A stretch of DNA of 64,000 nt from Macrostomum lignano (taxonomy: Eukaryota). How positions within the stretch are numbered: position 1 is the first letter of the stretch; every line of letters begins with the position of its first letter. The notes below the pieces were generated by a model, which worked only from the letters and a program-made list of their open reading frames with translations, was not told the origin of the DNA and ran no database searches. Where the stretch lies: contig NIVC01000068.1 in the NCBI GenBank assembly GCA_002269645.1, forward strand, positions 620,001 to 684,000, read 5' to 3'. The position numbers and the translations under genes were made by a program. Shown here one piece after another: positions 24,241 through 36,229 of this stretch.

Positions 24241-27200
24241 CTACTGATGCTGCTGAGCAGTGCTCTGAGATCTAGATCGGTGGAGCAACTGCTGCCTCAC
24301 GTGAGCATAAGCCCCGGCAACAAGGCTTAGCTCGCCAATCAGATTCTCGTATCTGTAAGCCAGCCTCACGTTCGGCACGTTCGTTCGTTTGATATCGTTG
24401 CCCAATGGTCCTTCGCGTTGATAGGCCGGCCCCAGCCAGTGCTGCTTCACCTCGTGCGAGAAGCCGGACATGAGCACAGAATTCCTAGCCAGCTCGCACA
24501 TGTCTGTATTAGTGAGCTTCCACACCTGAGCAGCGATTGAGTACTCTTCCATTAGTGGCTCGCGAGTAAAATGAAACATCAATGGATCGTCCGTGCTCAG
24601 AGTTACTCGCAGGCCTTTGGCTAGGAATTCCGGCAGAGGGCTCCGGTTGTACGACAGGAACAGGCTGTTGTTCGACAATGGCGACATGGCCATGGGAATC
24701 TGGCACAGGTAGTACAGGTACTGCAGGGCCGGTGCCTGGAAATTACAGGTAAAATGTTGTTGGAGGCAGGGGGCTGTGCGCACCCTAGACATATTACTGC
24801 GCCCATTCCGCCGACTCCCCTGAGCAGGCACACAAGCGCGCGGATACGTACGCAGTCATACGCACAGGCACACACTCACACAGGAGTGTACAGCGGCCCT
24901 AACTTTATTTTATCGTTAGGCATGTACACTTCACTGCGCCTTGGGGGTTGGCCCTCAAGACCGTTAATTGCACGAGCAGAGCCAAGCCGAGATTCTAATT
25001 TAAACCCAAATTAATGCAACTGCACTTGGAATCGAGCCTGGGCCGCTGGCAGCCGCGCAAGACCACTAGGCTACGGCCCCCTGTTGTTAGCCATACGTCG
25101 AGTAGCTTATTATATGCAGGTACCAATAGTATTGAATACTCAATTTATATTCAAACAGAAAAACGAGAGCCGTCCGACGACTGATTGAAGTTAAAAATTC
25201 ATAGCCTTCGCTACGAGCGTACAAGTAAGTTTTAAACCAAGTTTATGAGCTTTCAGCTATGCATGCAACTTAAAAATTTATAGCTCAGTAGTACATGCAC
25301 GCCCATTCTTTCCCACCTTCCTGAGCAGTAGGCCGTGGCTAATATTGTCCGCCAGCAGGAAAGCCGTCACCAGGTGGTGCACGGGTCCGGCCTCGCCGCA
25401 GTGCGGTCGCAGCGTAATTGGTTGAAGGCCGCGAGCCTTGCGCAGGTGATTCAACGTGGCCAGGTTGGCGTACATGTAGTACAGGTAGTACATGTAGGGC
25501 GGGTTCGTTGCATCGGTCCAGTCACCTGCGAGGAATGGTGGGGACGCTAATGATGGTCAGTGTGCGTGGCTTAGCATCTGTGTTGATGTGTGTTTGTCCC
25601 AGCATCTGTGTTGGTGTGTGTTTGTCCCAGCATCTGTGTTGGTGTGTGTTTGTCCCAGCATCTGTGTTGGTGTGTGTGTTTGTCCCAGCATCTGCATTGG
25701 TGTGTGTGTTTGTCCCAGCATCTGTGTTGGTGTGTGTGTTTGTCCCAGCATCTGTGTTGGTGTGTGTTTGTCCCAGCATCTGTGTTGGTGTGTGTTTGTC
25801 CCAGCATCTGCATTGGTGTGTGTGTTTGTCCCAGCATCTGTGTTGGTGTGTGTTTGTCCCAGCATCTGTGTTGATGTGTGTTTGTCTCAGCATCTGTGTT
25901 GGTGTGTGTTTGTCCCAGCATCTGTGTTGGTGTGTGTTTGTCCCAGCATCTGTGTTGATGTGTGTTTGTCCCAGCATCTGTGTTGGTGTGTGTTTGTCCC
26001 AGCATCTGTGTTGGTGTGTGTTTGTCCCAGTATCTGTGTTGGTGTGTGTTTGTCCCAGCATCTGTGTTGATGTGTGTTTGTCCCAGCATCTGTGTTGGTG
26101 TGTGTTTGTCCCAGCATCTGTGTTGGTGTGTGTTTGTCCCAGCATCTGTGTTGGTGTGTGTTTGTCCCAGCATCTGTGTTGCTGTGTGTTTGTCTCAGCA
26201 TCTGTGTTGCTGTGTGTTTGTCCCAGCATCTGCATTGGTGTGTGTGTTTGTCCCAGCATCTGTGTTGATGTGTGTTTGTCCCAGCATCTGTGTTGGTGTG
26301 TGTTTGTCCCAGCATCTGTGTTTATGTGTGTTTGTCCCAGCATCTGTGTTGATGTGTGTTTGTCCCAGCATCTGTGTTGGTGTGTGTTTGTCTCAGCATC
26401 TGTGTTGATGTGTGTTTGTCCCAGCATCTGTGTTGGTGTGTGTTTGTCCCAGCATCTGTGTTGGTGTGTGTTTGTCCCAGCATCTGTGTTGATGTGTGTT
26501 TGTCCCAGCATCTGTGTTGGTGTGTGTTTGTCTCAGCATCTGTGTTGGTGTGTGTTTGTCCCAGCATCTGTGTTGGTGTGTGTTTGTCCCAGTATCTGTT
26601 TTGGTGTGTGTTTGTCTCAGCATCTGTGTTGGTGTGTTTGTCCCAGCATCTGCATTGGTGTGTGTGTTTGTCCCAGCATCTGTGTTGGTGTGTGTTTGTC
26701 TCAGCATCTGTGTTGGTGTGTGTTTGTCCCAGCATCTGTGTTGGTGTGTGTTTGTCCCAGCATCTGTGTTGGTGTGTGTTTGTCCCAGCATCTGTGTTGG
26801 TGTGTGTTTGTCCCAGCATCTGTGTTGGTGTGTGTGTTTGTCCCAGCATCTGCATTGGTGTGTGTTTGTCCCAGCATCTGTGTTGCTGTGTGTTTGTCCC
26901 AGCATCTGCATTGGTGTGTGTTTGTCCCAGCATCTGTGTTGCTGTGTGTTTGTCTCAGCATCTGTGTTGCTGTGTGTTTGTCCCAGCATCTGCATTGGTG
27001 TGTGTGTTTGTCCCAGCATCTGTGTTGATGTGTGTTTGTCCCAGCATCTGTGTTGGTGTGTGTTTGTCCCAGCATCTGTGTTGGTGTGTGTTTGTCCCAG
27101 CATCTGTGTTGGTGTGTGTTTGTCCCAGCATCTGTGTTGGTGTGTGTTTGTCGCAGCATCTGTGTTGGTGTGTGTTTGTCCCAGCATCTGTGTTGGTGTG

Positions 27201-30200
27201 TGTTTGTCCCAGCATCTGTGTTGGTGTGTGTTTGTCCCAGTATCTGTGTTGGTGTGTGTTTGTCCCAGCATCTGTGTTGGTGTGTTTGTCTCAGCATCTG
27301 TGTTGGTGTGTGTTTGTCCCAGTATCTGTGTTGATGTGTGTTTGTCTCAGCATCTGTGTTGATGTGTGTTTGTCTCAGCATCTGTGTTGGTGTGTGTTTG
27401 TCCCAGCATCTGTGTTGGTGTGTGTTTGTCCCAGCATCTGTGTTGGTGTGTGTTTGTCTCAGCATCTGTGTTGGTGTGTGTTTGTCCCAGCATCTGTGTT
27501 GGTGTGTGTTTGTCCCAGCATCTGTGCTGGTGTGTGTTTGTCCCAGCATCTGTGTTGATGTGTGTTTGTCTCAGCATCTGCATTGGTGTGTTTCAGCGCA
27601 CGTCCTTGTGTTAGGTTGGCCTAAGCAGTAAGCACCTGTCTAGAATTAAGTTCTGTCTTAGCATCTCTCAACAACGTCTTTCTCGGTGAGTGACCGAGTG
27701 TTTCTACGACTATTTTGAACTTTTCTTGTCTAGCTCCTGTCTGCCTTCTAACCAGTAGCCTGTTATTCAAGCATATTCAAAACAGCGACCGATGGCTCAC
27801 CCGGCATTGGCGAGGCGGCATCGAACGCCAGAGTCTCCGGCTTGGACTCGTCATCCACAGAGTCCAGCGCAACCACGTACTTCAAGAAGGCGAACAGCTC
27901 AGGATGACCTTCAGGATCGGCAGTGGCTTCCATCATCGGCAGGAATAGGTTGGCTAGAAACTCTTCGAAATTTGCTAGCTGCCTCTTGCTGTTGTACACG
28001 TCGAATAGACGCGGAATTTGAATCAGCCAGCGAACGTTTTCGGAGTAAACCTTGTGCTTAACCGCCCACCTGGTAGTGCAATTCAGAACAAGTCGGTTTT
28101 AGAACTTAAACTTATAATTAAAAAATGGAGTTAGGATCTGGAGTAAAGGTCACTAAACTCGGGGCTCTAAGGTCAAGGTCACCGGACTAGCTCGATATCT
28201 AGGGTCAAGGTCACCGGACTAGCTCGATATCTAGGGTCAAGGTCACCGGACTAGCTCGATATTTAGATTCAAGGTCACCGGACTAGCTCGATACATAGGG
28301 TCAAGGTCACCGGACTAGCTCGATATATAGGGTCAAGGTCACCGGACTAGCTCGATATCTAGGGTCAAGGTCACCGGACTAGCTCGATTTCTAGGGTCAA
28401 GGTCCCTAGAAGCAGGGTCAAGATCGTTGTAGCCAGGGTCAAAATCACTATAACATTGATAAAGGTTCACTAGTAGTCCAAAATGGTGAGCAAGGTCAAT
28501 ATAAGAGCTAATCAGGGTCAAGGTCACTGTAGAAACCTCACTTGGCAAGGTTGTCCCACTCGCTGCGGCTGCGCCCGTAGATGGACAGCCTCAGCTCCGC
28601 CTGCTGATACTTGGACTCGTTGATCTCGTTCATGACCTCCTTGATGATGTCGGCAAAGAATTCGCCCTGAATATAATTGTCAGTCTTTAGAAACACTTCG
28701 CGCAGGTGATTCTGACCCAACGGGTTGTACTTGGAGTTGAATTTGTCAAATCGTTGAAAGGTGTTGCGATCCGCGTGAACGTCCAGCATGTCGATGTTGA
28801 GGTCGTAGGCCGTTATCTTCATTTCCTCGAATATCTCCGCTAAGGACATCTGCCTGCCGGACCTGTCCACGTACACCTGCGTTGGGATAGGTGGGACACA
28901 GAGAAGGATCTTTAGCATCAGATTGGGACAACGCTAGGTAAGCAAAGCATGCGTTCGGCAGTCAAGTCAACTCAAGTCCAAGATCAATCATGCAAGCATC
29001 ATTCACGCCCTGTCCTGTGAAAGTTCCATGCCAAGCATTCTAGTTTCGGTAGAAATGTATCTATTTAACAATTCTTATTATGCCTAAAATCAAGTTGTAC
29101 CCGTTTTTTTCCCGCCAGCAAGTGGGGCCTATAGGATACATTTTAGGCGAACGTTCTAAACGTTATTTTGCTTAGTTAGATCGGAATCCAATATGGGACT
29201 AGAGACATCTCACAAGTTAGCCTTATGTTCTAATTCTAAACGTTAGTTTGCATCAGTTTCCGAAATTGAGACAGAGGTTCAACTGAACTTTTTAGTCTTC
29301 TCACCTTCCTATCGGAATGGCTCTTCAAACTCCTCTTGATAAACCTTAGCAGGTGCTTCTGATTCATTGCTGACGATCCGTGAATGTGATTGTCAACCTT
29401 GCGAATGTTGTAGAAGTCCCTGTGTGGCACAGACTTCTGCTCGGCGCTTTCTCTGAACTCGTTCAACAGGCTGTGCAGCTGATACTTCGACTGCAAGTAG
29501 GTGAGCCGGCGAAATGTGAAACTCTTCAACGGTCCGTTCGAAATGAGCGCCACCATGGTGTTGTGATCGCGCAGAAACGTGTCGCGACTCACTGACGCCG
29601 CCGACGCCGCCTCAAGAGCAGCGGTCAGCTCCGCTGGCGGCGACTGACCGTCGGCGACTTGAAATGTAGCAACGCCATCTACCATGGCGAATTTGATCGG
29701 CAGGGTTGGCGGCAGATTCGCTGTGCTCAGTGGGTCAGTCTCCGGCGGATGGTCGTATGGATGGCTGTCGTGATTGTCCGCGCTATGCTGCTGGTGCTGC
29801 TGGTGCTGCTGCAGCTTCTCCCAGTAGTCGGCCCCGTCGCCGTGGGCAGCGGAGGCGGCAGCCGCGGTCGCCCGGTCCATGTAGCGCGCGGCGGTGGAAC
29901 AAAAACCTTGATTGGCGCTGAGCATGTAGCGCCGTCGGAGCCGCATAGCCACCATCAGGCACTCGCAAGCTGACCCGACGTCTTCGTCGGAGAACACGCC
30001 CTGGTGTTGTTGGAAGGGCGCAGGGGAATTATGTAAGAGAATTCATCTGTGTGTGCAGAAACGCGTCGCAAATTTGGCTCCTACGTATTCAAGATGGAAA
30101 CCATACTTTGAAGTCAGGCAACCGTAATTTGAAGTCAGGAAACCGTTCTTTGAAGTCAGGAAACCGTTCTTTGAAGTCAGGAAACCGTACTTTGAAGTCA

Positions 30201-32056
30201 GGAAACCGTACTTTGAAGTCAGGAAACCGTACTTTGAAGTCAGGAAACCGTACTTTGAAGTCAGGAAACCGTACTTTGAAGTCAGGAAACCGTACTTTGA
30301 AGTCAGGAAACCGTACTTTGAAGTCAGGAAACCGTACTTTGAAGTCAGGAAACCGTACTTTGAAGTCAGGAAACCGTACTTTGAAGTCAGGAAACCGTAC
30401 TTTGAAGTCAGGAAACCGTACTTTGAAGTCAGGCAACCGTACTTTGAAGTCAGGCAACCGTACTTTGAAGTCAGGAAACCGTACTTTGAAGTCAGGAAAC
30501 CGTACTTTGAAGTCAGGAAACCGTACTTTGAAGTCAGGAAACCGTACTTTGAAGTCAGGAAACCGTACTTTGAGGTAGGCAACCGTAGTTACCCACTGTT
30601 TTTAAAGTGGGTAATCGTGTTTTTAAAGTGGGTAATCGTGTTTTTAAAGTGGGTAATCGTGTTTTTAAAGTGGGTAATCGTGTTTTAAAGTGGGTAATCG
30701 TGTTTTTAAAGTGGGTTATCGTGTTTTTAAAGTGGGTAATCGTATTTTTAAAGTGGGTAATCGTGTTTTTACAGCGCTTTACTGTTTTAAGTGCCAGGCG
30801 TGACTACGCTTTAAATTAATGAATTAACTTGTAGTAAAATAAACATTTTCAAAAGCGTCAACAGTATAGCTCTGCTAGAAGTTTTTAGATTACTTCTACT
30901 AAGAAAAAGACCCAACCGTAGCAGGACCAGGGCAGAAGTGTTTGCAGTAATCTAATCTAAGTTGAGTCCAGTTGAAGCGTGCTGCACTAACTCTGAGTTC
31001 CTTTGGTTAAGAATCTACAATGTCATGTCATTTTGAGCAGGTGGTGCTAAAATATTCTTTTATCTTCAAATTTGTTCTAAGCATTCACGCCTTATAAATA
31101 AGCTTCTTGTAAAATTTCTGCTTGCTACTGTTTAACAATTCTGTCGTCACTAATTAAAAGATAAAATTTTTATTATTTAGTAACAGCCGAATATAGTTGC
31201 CTGTGACACACACAAGCTAGCCAATCTGAGACACAATCACAAACTAGCCAACATGTGACACACACAAGCTAGCCGAGATGTGACACAATCTAGGCAATAT
31301 GTGACACAATCTAGGCAATATGTGACACAATCTAGACAATATGTGACACAATCTAGGCAATATGTGACAATCTAGACAATATGTGACATACAAACTAAGC
31401 CAAAAATTGTTACACACAAACTAAACACAAAATTAAGAACACTAAACACGCCGAAAACACGTGCACCAACACCCAAGCTACAGAAAATGTGACCCCACAA
31501 AAATGAAGTTAACAATTTTCAATACGCAAAGTCGCAAGTCCAGCGCTAAACAAACCTGCATGTGGCAGTCAACGTCACCGCTAATTTGCACACGTTGGAA
31601 TGGAATTTTCCTGATTTGCCGACCGGTAGGATCGTGCGCGGCCCAACCTGCCATGGGGGCGGAGGTGGCCGCCACAGGCTCGGGTGTTGGCGCACCCACA
31701 GATGCAGTCAATTTGGCGGCAGCAATCTCGGCTGACCTGCCCGAGATGACAATGGGTCCCGGAGCTGCAGCTGCCACTGCATCTTCCACTGCTGAATTCT
31801 TCATCGAATGTGCATCAACAGCTGGAGCAGCCTCCGGCGCCTCAAGAGGCCCGACGCCTGCAGCTCGATCGTGCATGATTTTGTGCTGCTCACTTTCGAT
31901 CTTTTGAATTGGAAACTTGCCAATATTGAAGTCAATTTTCGAGCCGTCAGAGTTGGCGTACTTGTGCATGATTTCCGATCCAAGCGACTGCAGCTGCTGC
32001 AGCTCCAGTGTTGAGTCATTGTCTAACGCTGCCGAGTCAGCTTCTTCGAGTTCCAT
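24241..32056 (-). CDS. AMPD: AMP deaminase (AMPD2-like)
   Basis: Six exons: 32056-31556, 30000-29305, 28876-28542, 28069-27801, 25525-25317, 24735-24241, all with compatible phases. Motifs present: [53 protein letters not shown]. Confidence 0.97.
24757..25081 (-). mobile_element. tRNA-derived SINE, family A, copy 1 (AMPD last intron)
   Basis: A box tagcctagtggt and B box ggctcgattcc; the body aligns with 60111-60468. Confidence 0.8.
25573..27590. repeat. 28-bp minisatellite (catctgtgttggtgtgtgtttgtcccag), about 70 copies
   Basis: Fills most of AMPD intron 4. Confidence 0.95.
28175..28405. repeat. 32-bp repeat (ggtcaaggtcaccggactagctcgatatctag), about 7 copies
   Basis: AMPD intron 3. Confidence 0.9.
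30103..30770. repeat. two abutting 21-bp arrays (actttgaagtcaggaaaccgt, about 23 copies; gtttttaaagtgggtaatcgt, about 8 copies)
   Basis: AMPD intron 1; the unit switches at ~30590. Confidence 0.92.
31200..31390. repeat. degenerate ~20-bp repeat (gtgacacaatctaggcaatat)
   Basis: AMPD intron 1. Confidence 0.75.
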
Positions 32057-32859
32057 TGGACTGTCTATTGTGTAGGATTTTGATGATAGAAACTGAAATC
32101 AGGAGTTAGTTTGATAGTTCATTCGTTTAGTTCAATTGCAATATATATACATTTTTCTGAAGCTTTACAGATCAAGATAACAAGTGGATATACAATTTGA
32201 TTGACTGTAAGGCTTTGAGATAAGAAGCAGTGAGTGCACTAGCCTTGAAATGAATGTTATTTATCTTTGAAATGAATAAAAGTCTTAACATTGCAATGCT
32301 CTCGTGGTCATTTGAAGGTAACGAAAAGACTGTGCAAAAAGTTTGTAATGCAACAAACAATTAAGCTAGAAAAAAGAAAGGCTATTTATTCTACAATTTT
32401 TTTCTTTAATCCTAACTTGCAAAAAGATTTCGTTATATAAGTTTCCAAGTTAGTAACAATTTTTAGCTACAAGTTATGATAGCAAAGATATAGCAGATTG
32501 ATATTAACTAAGATATAGAAAAGACGATATCATTAAAATAGCATGCTAGGCCTATAGCACTAGTTGTGAAATATATCTGACACATTTCTATAGCTAAAAT
32601 TTGAAAACATTATAGCCTTATTACTTGCAGCTAACTTGCACTTGCACCAGTATCTTTCATTACTATTTTAGAACCTATTTTAGAATTTTAGAATGTGCGA
32701 TCCATATCCTGAATATACATAGCATAACATAATCATTACATAATACACATGATATACTGGTATAATAAAGATAATCGGAATTTGCTGTGTCAAAGTTAGC
32801 TGACAAATCGCAATTTATTTTTTGACAGAAAACTCTTGGGTTCTAGTACGCGCGACGTT

Positions 32860-33165
32860 GGTGTAAAATTTTTTTTCATGTTTGGTAGCGCCTAGCTATT
32901 GCTATCGCAGAGAAACAATAGTATATATTATAATATATATATAAATTAAGACGCAGAGGGGAGGCCCCACTGTCAATGAAACAATAACAAACCCGACTAA
33001 GGTCAAATGAGCTAAGTAGACTCTGTAAGAAGCCTAAACTCCACTATGTATATCTGCAAAAGTAATACTTTTAAGTCCTCCGTGGCTCGGAAGTCCTGAT
33101 TCTCCTGAACGGCGGCGGAAACTTCGCTGCGATAAACTGCTAGCTGGGGCCCGCGCGATATTTTA
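32860..33165. promoter_or_regulatory. CpG-rich patch, candidate bidirectional promoter between AMPD and PCMT
   Basis: cgcgcgacg, cggcggcgg and cccgcgcga clusters sit in otherwise AT-rich DNA between head-to-head genes. Inference only. Confidence 0.35.
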
Positions 33166-33581
33166 AGATTTTTTGAAATTGAGTCTTTTTAATGTAAACT
33201 AATTAACCTGTATAACAAAAAAACAAAAAAACACATATATTACAGTGTATAACAGCTTACACTTTTCCAAAGGTGTTATAAGTAAAAGCTAATCATACTT
33301 ATGGAGTATTACACAAATTAATACTCCATAAGTATGATAAGTACTCCATTAGTTTTTTCTAGGTTTAACTGTTTACTTTTATAAGAAGCTAAATTGAATA
33401 TCTCTACGGAGTACGTTGGGAGGTCAATTCCAGTAAATATGGCAGTGGCAGACTCAGACGGAGTGAATAGATCGATGCAACAAAATATATTCAGATAATG
33501 TGACAGTTTTCAATGTCAGTATATGGAAACAGGATATATTTATTTTTTTGTAATATTGAACTTCTAGTGCTTGACCCTTTT

Positions 33582-33787
33582 CAGTGGCATAGCCAGGAAT
33601 TTCCTACAGGGGGATACACCAATGACCAAGGTGAATTTTCTACGGGGGAATACACCAAGGTAAAAGTGCTATGACAGAGTCACATGGTAGCATGTATAAC
33701 AACAAAGGGCAACAAAAAAGTTTTGGTCAGGCTCTTTGGGGGGGTGATACATATCCCCCTAACCCTCCTCCCTATGCTATGCCCCTA
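33582..33787. mobile_element. MITE-like relic with CpG-decayed termini
   Basis: Ends are cagtggcatagccagg and ctatgctatgcccct. They resemble the common GGCGTAGCC...GCTACGCC MITE termini with both CpGs mutated. Confidence 0.45.
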
Positions 33788-36229
33788 AGGCCCTGACCCT
33801 ATTGACATTGTATAACTAATAAAAATCAATATCTTTTTAGGTGTGGAATAAGCTAGATATGTAAAAGTATACCATTTGACCAAGCCCAACTGAGAAGATA
33901 CCTAGACTATTTTTATGTAACATAAAAATAAAAATATAAAAAGCTTTTTATTTTAATAAATTTTTGTGTTCAAAACTTAGTTAAACTCTTATTAAGTTAA
34001 CTTGTTTATTGTAATTTAAGGCTTTGTATTATAGGATTATACATTTAGGTGATTTAGCAATATATTTTTGTATACAAGAGTGCATAGACTATAGGAGCAT
34101 AGCATAGAATTTTTAGTATATTAGGCTATTATACTTAGCCTAATATACTAAATATACTTTAGGCTATTGTATTAATATAAAACATTATAAAGTATAGTGT
34201 TTTAGTAAATGTGTACATTTATTTAATATAAGTATTATAATATAACAAATTAATAGCAATTATAGTTAATAATAGCCTTAATAGGACCTAGTATAGTTTA
34301 TTGGATTATTATCAAAGTATATATCAATTTTTAGTTATAGTAACAATAGTAGGCCCTTTAAAAATAGTAGGCCTATGCCTGGCTTTGGCAAAATAGGTAA
34401 ATCTTTTTTATAGACTAGGCCCTATCATGGCATAGACTCTAAATATTTTAAAACTATATTTTTCATATTTTATATTATATGTATAAAGTATATAAAGTAG
34501 AATTCATAAAATTTTAAAAAAAATAAAATAAAAATATTTTATTTTTATTTTGCTTGCATAGGGCCTAAAAAATATTTTTGGCTTATATACTGCATGCTTT
34601 AGTCATAAAAAGTAGAGTTCAGCAATGGGTTTCTCATTTATGCAATATATAGAAAAGGATAAATAGGCCTAGTTATTAATAAATATAGCTATTAGACAAG
34701 CTAGGCCCTAGTAGAAATAAGGTAGCACTTCTAATAGACTAAGGTTGATATAGTCAATAGACTTAAAGGGAAGGGGATAGAAATCTTGATGGCCTAATAC
34801 AATAGACTATAGGTCACTTGGTTTTTAACTTATATTTTTAGCATAAGGACTAAGGGGAAAGGTGTTATAGACCCTATTTTATTGAATATTTTTATTTATA
34901 ATAATAACACCTTCTAAATTATAATTTCTTTGGCTATCTAGAATGTTATAAAAATGACATTTGAATTTGAATTTGAATTTCTTTTAAAAAGTATTCAATC
35001 TAGTCAAAACTATTAGAAAATATACTATATAATAATAATATTAATTGGCAAATATGATCTTCCTTTGCATTGATTATAGCTTGACAAAAGTCAATAAGCT
35101 ACTAAACCTTTCTTTTTAAGCAGTCTTTGTTAAGAAGGCCTTTAGCCCACTGCAATGCAGCTTTTCAAACTTCATTGTGGTTTATGATCTCCTTGGCCAA
35201 GCTAGTACTTATTGTTTTAATTCATGCTAATGTTGTTCATGTATGCCTATATTTCATTGTCTACCTTGTACTTGTTGAACATGTTTTTCTATGCCCTCAT
35301 TGTAAAAAAGCTTATAAAGTTGTTCTACTAAAAGAATATATAGAGAACCCACATAGCAGAAACTTTTTGAAAGTGCAAATCTTTAGTAAAAAATTCATGA
35401 ACTGTTATTTCTCAAACTTCTATAAAGTTAGTCTGATTTTAAAGAAATCATTATCAAAATTTGCAAGCTTGATCACTATTCACTGCATTAAATTGGTATT
35501 GAGCACTTGATATTTAAGGATTACCCCTTGCCTTAATTTTGTTATTAAAATGACAACAATTTTTTACCATAGAAATATATAAGTCTATTATTGAGATTAT
35601 ATATATGCCATGTCAATAATTTGCTTCTTTCTTGCTTAATTAATCTCAACTTTCTGGATAGCCACAGTATATATAAGTCCTTTACTAATAAAACATCTTT
35701 TTTAATATAACATTTAAATATTCTTTTATGAGCAACAGTTATAGGACTGATATAATATAATCAAATTCAGTACTAATCAAAATATTATTGTCACATATTA
35801 AAATATATTAATAGTATTAGAATTATTGAAAAAGGGTAAAGTAAGAATTAAGAAAAGCAGAAATCAACAGTGTATGAGATAATTTATAAGATGGTTAGTG
35901 CATGGAGTAGTTTATGAAAGAACAAATGTAAGATAGATTATGAAAAAATAAAATACCCAGCTTTTAACTAAACCTCCAGAATAATAGTACTTTTTCAAAT
36001 ATTTTTTCATTAATTCAACAATTAGTTCTATATTATTTAATATTTAATAATCTACAAACTCTAACAGTTTGCTTCTTCTTCAAAATACTGCATGATTCCG
36101 CTGATTCTACCACTGTCACTGTCATTAATTGGTATAAATAAATTCGCCACTACACTGTACTGGCTACTAACAGTAGCTCAATTAGGGATTGTTACTATTT
36201 CTACTTGGCAAACAGCAGCACCAGTTGCC

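Noticed and set aside
25418-27631. Many long Cys/Val- or Thr/His-rich ORFs on both strands
   Set aside because: Artifacts of the 28-bp array inside AMPD intron 4.
35127-35510. 127-aa ORF and similar short ORFs at 57620-59109
   Set aside because: AT-rich, low-complexity, non-ATG starts, no recognizable motif.
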